A stretch of DNA of 64,000 nucleotides from positions 2,155 to 66,154 of the forward strand of contig JAYRXE010000037.1 of assembly GCA_041917695.1 (NCBI GenBank). The letters are read 5' to 3'. Each line of letters starts with the position of its first letter. The first letter of the stretch is position 1. Below the pieces are notes generated by a model, which saw nothing but the letters and a program-made list of their open reading frames with translations, was not told the origin of the DNA and ran no database searches. The translations under genes and the position numbers were made by a program. Source of the stretch: Minisyncoccota bacterium (GTDB taxonomy: Bacteria; Patescibacteriota; Minisyncoccia; UBA6257; GWB1-50-10). Shown piece after piece: positions 33,268-42,844 of the stretch.

Positions 33268-33543
33268 TTAGCCCTTGCCTATATTTCGTCTTTTAAGGAA
33301 CTCGCTTTTAAGCCTTTGCTTAAATCGGCCACCCCATAGGCTTTTCAGGAATCGCTCGCGATTGAAAGCTTCGGTTTTATCCAAAAACTTTTCAGAATGA
33401 ATCAGAGTTAGCGGGCGGCGATTGTGAGTTGCTTCGACAATTCCTTGTTCATGCGCCTTTAGTCGATGCTCAAGATTTGAAGTGCATCCCACATAAAGTT
33501 TTTCGTCTTTCTCACTGAAGAGAATATAAACGAAATATTCCAT
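33268..33543 (-). CDS. GIY-YIG domain nuclease (UPF0213/YhbQ-like), low-GC insertion between ssrA and smpB
   Basis: YFVYILFSEKDEKLYVGCTSNLEHRLKAH is a GIY-YIG motif. GC is much lower than the flanks. Confidence 0.75.
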   Translation of the reverse strand: MEYFVYILFSEKDEKLYVGCTSNLEHRLKAHEQGIVEATHNRRPLTLIHSEKFLDKTEAFNRERFLKSLWGGRFKQRLKSEFLKRRNIGKG

Positions 33544-33547
33544 AAAC

Positions 33548-33988
33548 CTATTTGTGAAACCTGCGGATTTCGCGTTCGGTTTCGCGCTTCTTGATCACCT
33601 CGCGCTTGTCGAACTGCTTTTTCCCGCGCCCGAGTCCAAGCTCAAGCTTCAGGAATCCGCGCTTATTGTTATAGAGCGAGACGGGGACGAGGGTCAAGCC
33701 GGTTTTCATTTTTTCAGCGAGGGTTTTCAGCTCTTTTTTACCGAGAAGGAGTTTCCGCGTCCGGTCCGGCTTGTGGGATTCGGGGACGTTTCCCGGCTGG
33801 AAGGGCTGGATCATGAGGCCGACCACGAAAGCCTCGCCGTTCCGGATGATGGCGTGCGAGCCCTGGAGGTTCGCCCGGCCCATTTTCACCGATTTCGCCT
33901 CAAGACCGGTCAAAACAACCCCCGCCTCGAGGGTGTCGAGTATCTCATAGTCGAATCTAGCTCTTTTATTGACGGCGTAGGGTTCCAT
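33548..33988 (-). CDS. smpB: SsrA-binding protein SmpB
   Basis: AVNKRARFDYEI...GLEAKSVKMGRANL. ATG chosen at MEPYAV. The ORF track extends to a TTG at 34018. Confidence 0.88.
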   Translation of the reverse strand: MEPYAVNKRARFDYEILDTLEAGVVLTGLEAKSVKMGRANLQGSHAIIRNGEAFVVGLMIQPFQPGNVPESHKPDRTRKLLLGKKELKTLAEKMKTGLTLVPVSLYNNKRGFLKLELGLGRGKKQFDKREVIKKRETEREIRRFHK

Positions 33989-34041
33989 ACGTAGCCTAAG
34001 GGTAGCATTTAATATCAATTTAAAAAAAGAAAGGAGGCCGT

Positions 34042-34836
34042 ATGCGCCGACTCATCATAGCCGATTTGGACGACACCCTGATCGACAGCGAAGAGCAGAT
34101 ATACCGGGAAGGCCAGCGACGGGTCCTTTCCTTCCTTCAGCAGACGTTTGACGTTTCCCACGAGGAATTTTCAGTGCTCCAGCGCGAGCTGACGCACGCG
34201 TTACACGAAAAGATAAATCCGGAAAACGGAAAACCGTACCATTACAGCCTTGAGCGATATACGCACGGGCTCCGGGACTGTTACCGTTCGTTATGCAAAA
34301 AACATGGCGTGAAAGAAGCGAAAGAGATGTCCCGGCAGGTGATTCGGCTCGCCGAGAGCGTTTTTTCGGAAGACATCATCCGTGCATGCATCAAGCTCGA
34401 AACCTTCGACTTCATGCGTTTTTGCCGGAAGAACGATATTGCCGTCTTTGTCCTTACCAAGGGCGAAGAAAATATCCAGCATATGAAGTTGAGAATTCTC
34501 TATCAGGAACTTGAAAAAAGGAATTCTCACGCGGTATATGCGTCCGAAATAGCCACGCGGGATAAGACCCCGGAACATTTTCAGAAGCTTATGGATGTTG
34601 TGAAAGGGAAGCCTGTGGAGATATACGTTATGGGCAATTCCTTTGAAAAAGACATCCGGCCCGCCCTTGATGCATTCCCGGAGGTAAAAGGAATCTTTGT
34701 TCCCTGCCAAATTTGGGAATCGAACGTCGAGGAAGAGCTCAAAACGGTATGCGGAAAATATTCCGGCCGGTGTGTTATCGCACACAACCTTATTGAAGTA
34801 ATATCGGTATTGAAAAATGAAACCGCCATCGCGTAA
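34042..34836 (+). CDS. HAD-superfamily hydrolase
   Basis: Motif I IADLDDTLID. Confidence 0.7.
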   Translation: MRRLIIADLDDTLIDSEEQIYREGQRRVLSFLQQTFDVSHEEFSVLQRELTHALHEKINPENGKPYHYSLERYTHGLRDCYRSLCKKHGVKEAKEMSRQVIRLAESVFSEDIIRACIKLETFDFMRFCRKNDIAVFVLTKGEENIQHMKLRILYQELEKRNSHAVYASEIATRDKTPEHFQKLMDVVKGKPVEIYVMGNSFEKDIRPALDAFPEVKGIFVPCQIWESNVEEELKTVCGKYSGRCVIAHNLIEVISVLKNETAIA

Positions 34837-34897
34837 GAAACGGGGCGGTTTTTATTTTTGCGCCTCGGATGAAAGTCCGCTAAAGTAAATATCGAAC

Positions 34898-36517
34898 ATG
34901 GTACGGGAAAACATACGGAAATATATAGCGAAAACCATCCCCGCCGGGGAGATTTTTTCCGTCGATTTCCAGGAGAAAGACCCCCAGAAATTCGGCCATT
35001 ACGCGACGAATGCCGCGCTCCTTTCCGCGAAGAAAGAAGGGAAAAATCCCCTTGAAACAGCGGAGCGCATTGCGGAGGCTTTGCGGAAAGAGAAGGATTT
35101 TTTTGCGCGGGTTGAAGTCGCCCCGCCGGGCTTCGTGAACATGTGGCTTTCTCCGTCGGTGCTTTTTGGCGCCGTTACGGAAGCGCGGGGCCTTGAGGGC
35201 GCGTATGGCAGGAACGATTCGGGCGCTGGGAAAAAGGCCCGGGTCGAATACGTTTCCGCGAACCCCACCGGACCGCTCCACGTGGGGAACGCGCGGGGCG
35301 GGCCGATCGGAGAAGCGCTCGCGAAAGCGCTCGAACTTTCGGGCTACACGGTGCTTCGCGAATACATCCATAACGATGCGGGAAACCAAGTCGAGAAGAT
35401 GGGCGAAACGGTCTTTTACTGGTGCGAGAAGCTCCAGGGAAGGGAGAGCGCGTTTCCAGAGGGGGGATACGCCGGCGAATATCTTTCCGAGGTCGCCGGC
35501 GCGTTCTTGAAGCACAGCGGCGGAAAAGCCACGCGTGATGATTTGCATGCCATGACCGATTTCGCGCTCCGCTATATCTATGCGGAAAACATCGAAACCC
35601 TGAAGCGGATGGGTATTGCGTTCGACTACGTCGTGAAGGAGAGTGAGCTCATTTCGTCCGGTAAAACAGAGCAGGCTCTTGCGGAGCTCGATTCCCGGGG
35701 CGTTTTAAAAGAAAAAGAAGGCGCGGTTTGGTTCCAGCCGAACGACGAATTCCTGGAAGACCGCGAGACGGTTGTCCGCCGCTCGAACGGGAAGCCGACC
35801 TATTTCGCTTCCGACATCGCCTATCATAAAGACAAGTTCTCGAGCGGGTACGATCTCGTCATCGATGTTTTCGGTTCGAACCACCATGGCCACGTGCCGA
35901 AACTGCAGGCGCTCACGAAAATCTTCAATTTTCCTTCCGAACGCTTTTTTGTCCTTTTGTACCAATATGTGCGCCTCAAGCGGGGGAGCGAGGTCGTAAA
36001 GATGGCAAAGCGCGCGGGAACGTATGTGACCGCGAAAGAGGTGCTCGACGAGGTGGGCGCGGACAATATGGTTTTTTCATTCCTCCTGAATTCCCCGAAC
36101 ACGCATATCGATTTCGATTTGGAGGGAGTGAAGGCGGAATCAATGAAAAACCCCGTTTATTACGTGCAATATGCCGCGGTGCGCGCGGGGAGCATTCTTC
36201 AGAAGGCGAAAGCCGAAGGCGTGATACCGCTGGAAAACTTTACGAATCTCACGACGCCGGAGGACGAGTTTCTCATCCGCAAGGTTGCGGAATACCCCGA
36301 AGTCATTTTCGACACCGCCCGCGACTTCGAGGTCCAGCGCCTCACGCGGTTTGCCGTCGACCTGGCCCGGGGGTTCCATTCGTTCTATGAAAAGGAGCGC
36401 ATCGTGGGCGAGCCGGCAGAAATCGCCGGGGAGCGCATGGCGCTCGTCGCCGGGGTTTTGCAGGTTTTGAAAAACGTATTGGCGACCATCGGCATTTCCG
36501 CGCCGGACAAAATGTAA
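34898..36517 (+). CDS. argS: arginine--tRNA ligase
   Basis: SANPTGPLHVGNARG is the HIGH region, and a DALR anticodon-binding C-terminus is present. The product is 539 aa. Confidence 0.9.
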   Translation: MVRENIRKYIAKTIPAGEIFSVDFQEKDPQKFGHYATNAALLSAKKEGKNPLETAERIAEALRKEKDFFARVEVAPPGFVNMWLSPSVLFGAVTEARGLEGAYGRNDSGAGKKARVEYVSANPTGPLHVGNARGGPIGEALAKALELSGYTVLREYIHNDAGNQVEKMGETVFYWCEKLQGRESAFPEGGYAGEYLSEVAGAFLKHSGGKATRDDLHAMTDFALRYIYAENIETLKRMGIAFDYVVKESELISSGKTEQALAELDSRGVLKEKEGAVWFQPNDEFLEDRETVVRRSNGKPTYFASDIAYHKDKFSSGYDLVIDVFGSNHHGHVPKLQALTKIFNFPSERFFVLLYQYVRLKRGSEVVKMAKRAGTYVTAKEVLDEVGADNMVFSFLLNSPNTHIDFDLEGVKAESMKNPVYYVQYAAVRAGSILQKAKAEGVIPLENFTNLTTPEDEFLIRKVAEYPEVIFDTARDFEVQRLTRFAVDLARGFHSFYEKERIVGEPAEIAGERMALVAGVLQVLKNVLATIGISAPDKM

Positions 36518-36525
36518 CCGCACCT

Positions 36526-39500
36526 ATGCTGAAGAAGATAGAAAAATTCTCACTCCCGGACGTCGAAACGCGCGTCCTGGAATTTTGGAAGAAGAACAAG
36601 ACGTTCGAGCGCGCGCTTTCCCGCGGGAAAAAGCGGAAGACTTTTGTTTTTTACGAAGGCCCGCCGACGGCGAACGGCCGCCCCGGCATCCACCATGTGC
36701 TCGGCCGGGCCTTTAAGGACGTCGTTTTGCGGTACAAGACGATGCGGGGCTACCACGTTCCGCGGAAGGGCGGATGGGATACCCACGGGCTTCCCGTCGA
36801 GATTGAAGTGGAAAAAACCCTTGGGCTCAAATCGAAGCGGGAAATCGAGGAATACGGCGTTGCCGAGTTTAATGCGGAATGCCGCAAGTCGGTGTGGAAG
36901 TACAAGGATGAATGGGAGCGGCTCACGGAACGCATGGGCTTTTGGCTCGATATGGACCGGCCGTACGTTACGTATAAGAACGAATATATTTCTGTCGTAT
37001 GGCAGGTCGTGAAGGAAATCGAGAAACGGGGCCTCATCTATAAGGGGCATAAGATCGTTCCGTGGTGCACGCGGTGCGGCACCGCGCTTTCCTCCCATGA
37101 GCTCGCGCAAGGCTACCGGGAGGTTACGGACAATTCGGTATATGTGAAATTCAAGGTTGCGAGCAAGGCCTTTAACGACGGCACTCCCGTTCCGCCGAAC
37201 ACCTACATTCTTTCGTGGACGACGACTCCCTGGACGCTTCCGGGGAACGTTGCCCTCGCCGTCGGTAAAAAAATATCTTATTCATATATTGAGGTAGGGG
37301 ATGAGCGGTATATTGTTGCGACTGATCTCATCACGAAAATCTTTCCATCTTCGGAAGATACGGCTCGGAGCGGAAAAGAGTTCCTGGGGGAAAACCTTCT
37401 TGGTTTGCGGTACGACCCGCTTTTCCGGGTTAATTCTAAGGAATTTGAAAACAATGAGCGCGCCTTCACGGTGCAACCCGCAGATTTCGTAACGACGACG
37501 GACGGCACGGGTGTCGTGCATACCGCCGTGATGTACGGCGAGGATGACTACCGGCTCGGCGAGGAGCTCGGCCTTCCGCAATTCCATACGGTTTCAGCCG
37601 ACGGGCGTTTTGTTCCCGACGTTGAGGGTATTGCGGGGGAGAAGGCGAAGACCCCGGAGACCGAGGAAAAAATTTTCACCCATCTGCGTTCCCGGGGGCT
37701 GCTTTTCAAGATCGAGCCGTATGTCCATGAATACCCGCATTGTTGGCGTTGCGGAACGCCGCTCCTCTACTACGCGAGGCATTCGTGGTTTGTGCGCATG
37801 AGCAGCCTGCGCGGAGCGCTTATGAAGGAAAACGCGAAGATCAACTGGATTCCCGAGAATCTGCGCGAGGGCCGGTTCGGTGCGTGGCTTTCCGAGGCGA
37901 AGGATTGGGCGATTTCGCGCGAGCGGTATTGGGGTACGCCTTTGCCCATATGGGAATGCGACCGCTGCCCCGAACGGAGGGTCGTAACGGGGGATGCTGA
38001 TTTTGCGGAGCTCAAGCCGAAAAACCGCTATATCCTCATGCGCCACGGCTATTCCGAAAGCAATGCGAAAGATATGCTCGATTCGCACGGCGGCAAGAAG
38101 ACCTTTCCGCTTACGAAACGCGGAGAGCGCGAAGCGCGGGAAGCCGCACGGAAGCTCGGGAAGGAAAAAGTCGACGTCGTATTCGCTTCGGATGTGTACC
38201 GCGCGAAACAGACGGCGGAAATCGTTTCCGAGGCGCTCGGCGCCCCCGTGCACATCGATCCGCGCTTACGCGAAATAAACGTAGGATCGCTTGCCGGAAC
38301 GTCCCACCGGAAATTCGACGCCCTCCCCGAAAAACTGAAATTTCTCGAGGCGGTTCCGGGCGGAGAATCCCGCAATGATGTGCGCCGCCGAGTATACGCT
38401 TTTTTGAAGGAATGCGAGGAAAAATACGACGGGCAGACGATCCTTGTCGTGAGCCATGACGATCCGTTGTGGATGATGCTTGCCGTGATGAACGGCTGGG
38501 ATTCCGACGAGGCGATCGCGTGGGCGAAACGCAAAAAAGGAGCCTTGTTTCCCTTTGCGGGCTTTTCCAAAGCCGACTATCGGGTGATTCCCCGCGATGA
38601 ATTGGGGGTGAAGGATTACCACAAGCCGTATATCGACGAGATGGCTTTCCCGTGCGTGTGCGGGGGGAGGATGCGCCGCGCGCCGGAGGTCATGGACGTG
38701 TGGTTCGATTCCGGTTCGATGCCCTGGGCGCAAAAAGGGTACCTGTATGCCCCGAAAGCCAAAAGAATCGACCGTTCAGACTTCCCGGCTGATTATATCG
38801 CCGAAGGCGTCGACCAGACCCGCGGGTGGTTCTACACCATGCTTGCCATCGGCGTTCTTTTGGAGGCGGGTTCTCCCTATAAGACGGCGATGTCTTTGGG
38901 GCTCCTCTTGGATTCCAAAGGCCAAAAAATGTCCAAGTCGAAAGGCAACGTGGTCGATCCCTGGGAGATGATGGAGCGCCACGGCGTTGACGTTGCGCGC
39001 TGGTTTTTCTTCACGGTGAATCCGCCCGGCGAGCCGAAGCGCTTCGACGAACGCGAGCTCGTGAAGGTTTCCCGGCAGGTCTTCATGATTCTTTACAACT
39101 CGTTCGCCTTCCTCGATTTATACGGGAAGCAAACCGCGCGACGGAAAATCGTTCCGACCCACGTGCTCGACCGGTGGGTGATGGCGCGGCTTCACGCGAC
39201 GATTCAAGCGACTCAAAAGGCCATGGACGCGTATGAAATAGGGGACGCCGCCCGCGCAATCCAGGGACTCGTGGACGACCTTTCGCGCTGGCATATCCGC
39301 CGGAGCCGGAAGCGTTTCCAACGGCCCGTCTCGCAAAAAGACCGCGAGCAGGCTTCCGCGGTCCTCGCGCACGTGATGCGGGAGATCGCAAAGCTTCTGG
39401 CGCCTTTCACGCCGTTCTTCGCGGAGGCACTCTATAAATCCCTTTCGCAGAAGGCGTCTGATTCCGTGCATCTTGCTTCCTGGCCGGCGTTTGAGAAAAA

Positions 39501-40011
39501 GCTTTTTGACGCGAAACTCCTTTCCTACATGGAGGAGACTCGCCGCATTGCGAGCCTCACGCTCGCCAAGCGCGCCGAACTGGGCATCAAGGTCCGCCAA
39601 CCCCTTGCCGAGTTGCGCGTGAAATCCACCCTTTTGAAGGGCGTGAAGGCGAAGGAATGCCTCCTTATTTTGAAGGACGAGGTGAACGTGAAGCGCGTCG
39701 TTTTCGACCCATCGCTTACCGAAGAAATAACGCTCGATACGGCGATCACCCCCGAATTGAAGGAAGAGGGTTTGCTTCGCGAGCTTGTCCGCGCCATCCA
39801 GGAACTCCGTCAGGAAGCGGGGTTCGTACCGAAAGACAAGGTGCGCGTCTACGTTTCGGGCGCGGGTTTGGGGCTTATCGAACGCCACGGCGATTTCCTG
39901 AAGCGGGAAGTGAATGCGCGCTCCATCGAATTCCAGCATTTGGTGAAAAAAGCGAAAGCCGAAACGACCGTAGACCTCGACGAGGGCCACGCCTGGATCG
40001 GCGTCCTCTAA
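36526..40011 (+). CDS. ileS: isoleucine--tRNA ligase carrying an inserted histidine-phosphatase (PGAM-like) domain
   Basis: HIGH-type PPTANGRPGIHH, WAISRERYWGTP and KMSKSKGN. An insert of about 215 aa (37960-38620) contains ILMRHGYSESN and ILVVSHDDP. Confidence 0.9.
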   Translation: MLKKIEKFSLPDVETRVLEFWKKNKTFERALSRGKKRKTFVFYEGPPTANGRPGIHHVLGRAFKDVVLRYKTMRGYHVPRKGGWDTHGLPVEIEVEKTLGLKSKREIEEYGVAEFNAECRKSVWKYKDEWERLTERMGFWLDMDRPYVTYKNEYISVVWQVVKEIEKRGLIYKGHKIVPWCTRCGTALSSHELAQGYREVTDNSVYVKFKVASKAFNDGTPVPPNTYILSWTTTPWTLPGNVALAVGKKISYSYIEVGDERYIVATDLITKIFPSSEDTARSGKEFLGENLLGLRYDPLFRVNSKEFENNERAFTVQPADFVTTTDGTGVVHTAVMYGEDDYRLGEELGLPQFHTVSADGRFVPDVEGIAGEKAKTPETEEKIFTHLRSRGLLFKIEPYVHEYPHCWRCGTPLLYYARHSWFVRMSSLRGALMKENAKINWIPENLREGRFGAWLSEAKDWAISRERYWGTPLPIWECDRCPERRVVTGDADFAELKPKNRYILMRHGYSESNAKDMLDSHGGKKTFPLTKRGEREAREAARKLGKEKVDVVFASDVYRAKQTAEIVSEALGAPVHIDPRLREINVGSLAGTSHRKFDALPEKLKFLEAVPGGESRNDVRRRVYAFLKECEEKYDGQTILVVSHDDPLWMMLAVMNGWDSDEAIAWAKRKKGALFPFAGFSKADYRVIPRDELGVKDYHKPYIDEMAFPCVCGGRMRRAPEVMDVWFDSGSMPWAQKGYLYAPKAKRIDRSDFPADYIAEGVDQTRGWFYTMLAIGVLLEAGSPYKTAMSLGLLLDSKGQKMSKSKGNVVDPWEMMERHGVDVARWFFFTVNPPGEPKRFDERELVKVSRQVFMILYNSFAFLDLYGKQTARRKIVPTHVLDRWVMARLHATIQATQKAMDAYEIGDAARAIQGLVDDLSRWHIRRSRKRFQRPVSQKDREQASAVLAHVMREIAKLLAPFTPFFAEALYKSLSQKASDSVHLASWPAFEKKLFDAKLLSYMEETRRIASLTLAKRAELGIKVRQPLAELRVKSTLLKGVKAKECLLILKDEVNVKRVVFDPSLTEEITLDTAITPELKEEGLLRELVRAIQELRQEAGFVPKDKVRVYVSGAGLGLIERHGDFLKREVNARSIEFQHLVKKAKAETTVDLDEGHAWIGVL

Positions 40012-40023
40012 AATAGGGAAAAC

Positions 40024-40052
40024 AAAAACCCGCCGAATCGGCGGGTTTTTTG
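40024..40052. terminator. bidirectional intrinsic terminator
   Basis: aaaacccgccgaatcggcgggttttttgc lies between convergent ileS and rnj. Confidence 0.65.
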
Positions 40053-41747
40053 CTAGATCTCGATGACGACCGGCAGGATCATCGGCCGGCGCTTCGTCTT
40101 GTTGTACAAGAACTGGCCGATTTGGTCGCGCACCATCGTGCGGAGATAATCCGGATCGACCTGGTGGCCTTCGATGCGGCCGATGATGCCGCGGATCTTC
40201 CGGCGGATTTCGTTCAGGAAATCCTGGTTTTCCTTCAGGTAGATAAATCCGCGGGAGATGATATCGGGGTTTTTCAATGTCTTCCCCGTTTTCTTATCGA
40301 GCGTCGTGATGATGACGAGCATGCCTTCCGCGGCAAGCGAGCGGCGGTCGCGGAGTACGATGTCGGAAACGTCTCCCACGCCCAAGCCGTCCACCATGAC
40401 CGGATAGGCCGGTACTTCCTCGCCCGAGAGGCGGGCGATGTCCTTCGTGAATTCCACCACAAGGCCGTTGTCCGCCACGATCGTGGCTTCCGGCTTCAGT
40501 CCCACCGCTTCCTGCGCGAGCTTCGCGTTTTGGGAGCGGAGGAAGTAATACCCGTGGATGGGGAGGAAATGTTTGGGGTTTACGAGCTTCATCACCGTCT
40601 TCAGCTCTTCCTGCGGCGCGTGGCCGGAGGAGTGGATGTCTATCATCTTGTTGTGGAAGATGATGGCTCCCTGGCGGCAGAGGTTGTCCTTGAGGTTTTG
40701 GATGCTCCGTTCGTTGCCCGGGATGATGGAGGAGGAGAGGATGATGGTGTCACCCTTCTTTATCTGGACCTGCTTGTGCTCGCCGTTTGCCATGCGCATG
40801 AGGCTGGCATTCGATTCGCCCTGGGCGCCGGTCGCGAGGATGACGACTTTGTCATCCTTGTATTTGTGTATCTCGTCGAGCGAGATCATCGTTCCGCGCT
40901 CCGCTTTCAGGTAGCCGAGGCGTTTCGCAATCTCCAGGTTCGTCTTCATGGAATACCCGGAGGTCGCCACGTGTTTGCCGAGCTTTTCCGCGATTTTGAT
41001 CATTTCTATCAAGCGGTCGAGAAGCGAAGCGAACGTGCCCACGATGATGCGGCCCTTCGCCGCCTTGAAAAGCTTTTCGAGTTCCGCCTCGACGACGCGT
41101 TCCGACAGGGCGAAGCCCGGCACCTCGGACCCCGTCGAGTCGAGCATGAGGGTATGGATGCCTTCGGCGCCGACCTGCTTCCAGACTTCCAAGCCGCGCG
41201 GCTTGCCGTCCTTGTCGTAGTCGAATTTGAATTCGCCCGGGTGGACGATATTTCCCACCGGCGTGCGGATGATCATGCCGAATCCGTCGGGGATGTTGTG
41301 CACGACGTCAAAAAACGTCATGGCGAAGTTCTTCGATATCTGGCGCGTTTCCCCGCCGGCGACAAGATTGAAGACCGGTTTCGGCGCATGGGGAAAGTCC
41401 TCCAAGCGCTTCATGATCACTTCTTTGGTGAGCCGCGTGGTGTAAATCGTCGGATTTCCCAGCCGGTCGAGCAGATGGGGGATGGCGCCGATGTGGTCCA
41501 TGTGGCCGTGCGTAATCACGAGCCCTTTGATATTCGACTTTTTCTTCTCAAGGTACGACGTGTTCGGGATGATATAATCGATTCCCGGCGTTTCTTCTTC
41601 GGGGAACTGCAACCCCGCGTCAATGATGATGATCTCGTTTTCGTATTCGAAGAACATCATGTTCCGCCCTATTTCTTCCAAGCCCCCGAGCGCAACGAAC
41701 CGAACGACCGGCTCGTTTGAATGAGGCTTCTTTGTTATTTTTCTCAT
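40053..41747 (-). CDS. rnj: ribonuclease J
   Basis: VITHGHMDHIG, a beta-CASP domain and a C-terminal domain. The product is 564 aa. Confidence 0.9.
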   Translation of the reverse strand: MRKITKKPHSNEPVVRFVALGGLEEIGRNMMFFEYENEIIIIDAGLQFPEEETPGIDYIIPNTSYLEKKKSNIKGLVITHGHMDHIGAIPHLLDRLGNPTIYTTRLTKEVIMKRLEDFPHAPKPVFNLVAGGETRQISKNFAMTFFDVVHNIPDGFGMIIRTPVGNIVHPGEFKFDYDKDGKPRGLEVWKQVGAEGIHTLMLDSTGSEVPGFALSERVVEAELEKLFKAAKGRIIVGTFASLLDRLIEMIKIAEKLGKHVATSGYSMKTNLEIAKRLGYLKAERGTMISLDEIHKYKDDKVVILATGAQGESNASLMRMANGEHKQVQIKKGDTIILSSSIIPGNERSIQNLKDNLCRQGAIIFHNKMIDIHSSGHAPQEELKTVMKLVNPKHFLPIHGYYFLRSQNAKLAQEAVGLKPEATIVADNGLVVEFTKDIARLSGEEVPAYPVMVDGLGVGDVSDIVLRDRRSLAAEGMLVIITTLDKKTGKTLKNPDIISRGFIYLKENQDFLNEIRRKIRGIIGRIEGHQVDPDYLRTMVRDQIGQFLYNKTKRRPMILPVVIEI

Positions 41748-41766
41748 ATTATTTTTTTCGACTCTG

Positions 41767-41848
41767 TGCCGGAGGTGGGACTTGAACCCACAAGCCTTTC
41801 GGCATACGGCCCTGAACCGTACGTGTCTGCCAATTTCACCACTCCGGC
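41767..41848 (-). tRNA. tRNA-Leu (anticodon CAG)
   Basis: GCCGGAGTGGTGAAATTGGCAGACACGTACGGTTCAGGGCCGTA... with a long variable arm and 82 nt length. Confidence 0.85.
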
Positions 41849-41873
41849 TTTTCGCTCAATTATATCCTACCGA

Positions 41874-42842
41874 TTACTTTTTCCGCATTGCGGATTTGAA
41901 GGCGCGGATGGAAGGGGTTTCGCGGGGATTTACCCCCGTTTTTTTTGCACTGTGATACGCCGTCCACTGCGCCGCGAGGATGCCGTTCCATGCCCGCTCC
42001 GCAAGGGTTTTCCCTTCGAGGGGTACGGACATCACGGGAATGCCGTGCGATGCGAGAAGTTTTTTCGTAAGCGTAAAACGCTTCCGTACCGCCGCCGATT
42101 CACCCGGATTTTCGAGAAAGATTCCGGCGAGCGTCTGCGCGCCCGCTCCGAACGATTCAATCTCGTTATGGTTCGCTTCGGGAATTTCAGAAGCGAACGC
42201 GGCGAGCTTTGCCGTTTCGTTAAGGTACGTTTTCCAGGCGTAGGCTACCGATGCGAGCGCTTTACCGGAATATACGACTGCCGTCCGGTTTTGAAGCGCG
42301 TCCGCAATTTCCTTTCCGCCTGCTTCCATATGTTCTGAACGAAGATTCCGGGGGAAAGCGATACGCTCCCGAAGTCCCGGAAAAAACAAATGGAGGAGTG
42401 AGAAAACAGCATGAGCAGTATACCCCACGCCTTCGCGCGGCGTCAAGTTTCCGGCGTCAAATGTCGCAAGGGGAATGCCTTTTTTCACCGCCGCCCGGAA
42501 GAGCTTTCCGCCTCCCGCGGCGACCGCGACGCGGTTTTTCGGCGCTATGCGGAGCGCCACGGCAAAACTCGAAAGTGCCTCTTCCGTATCTCCCGAAAAG
42601 GAAACGACGACGTAGAGCGCATCGGTGAATTTCGGCGCGTCATAGCCGTTCCATACGATGACGGGGACGGCGAGCTGGGGCCGCACGAGGTCGGCGAGCA
42701 CTTTGCCGGCAAGGCCCGAGCCTCCCATGCCGCAAATGACGACGGCTTTCGGCGCCGCACCGCGTTTCGCCTTTCCGACGATGAGGCGGGTTTTCCCGAA
42801 TTGTTCGGGGAACGCACGCAGTATGTCGCGAAGCGCATCCAT
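41874..42842 (-). CDS. bifunctional phosphoglucose/phosphomannose isomerase (SIS domain)
   Basis: VICGMGGSGLAG SIS motif and archaeal-type PGI/PMI length of 322 aa. Confidence 0.75.
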   Translation of the reverse strand: MDALRDILRAFPEQFGKTRLIVGKAKRGAAPKAVVICGMGGSGLAGKVLADLVRPQLAVPVIVWNGYDAPKFTDALYVVVSFSGDTEEALSSFAVALRIAPKNRVAVAAGGGKLFRAAVKKGIPLATFDAGNLTPREGVGYTAHAVFSLLHLFFPGLRERIAFPRNLRSEHMEAGGKEIADALQNRTAVVYSGKALASVAYAWKTYLNETAKLAAFASEIPEANHNEIESFGAGAQTLAGIFLENPGESAAVRKRFTLTKKLLASHGIPVMSVPLEGKTLAERAWNGILAAQWTAYHSAKKTGVNPRETPSIRAFKSAMRKK

Positions 42843-42844
42843 GG

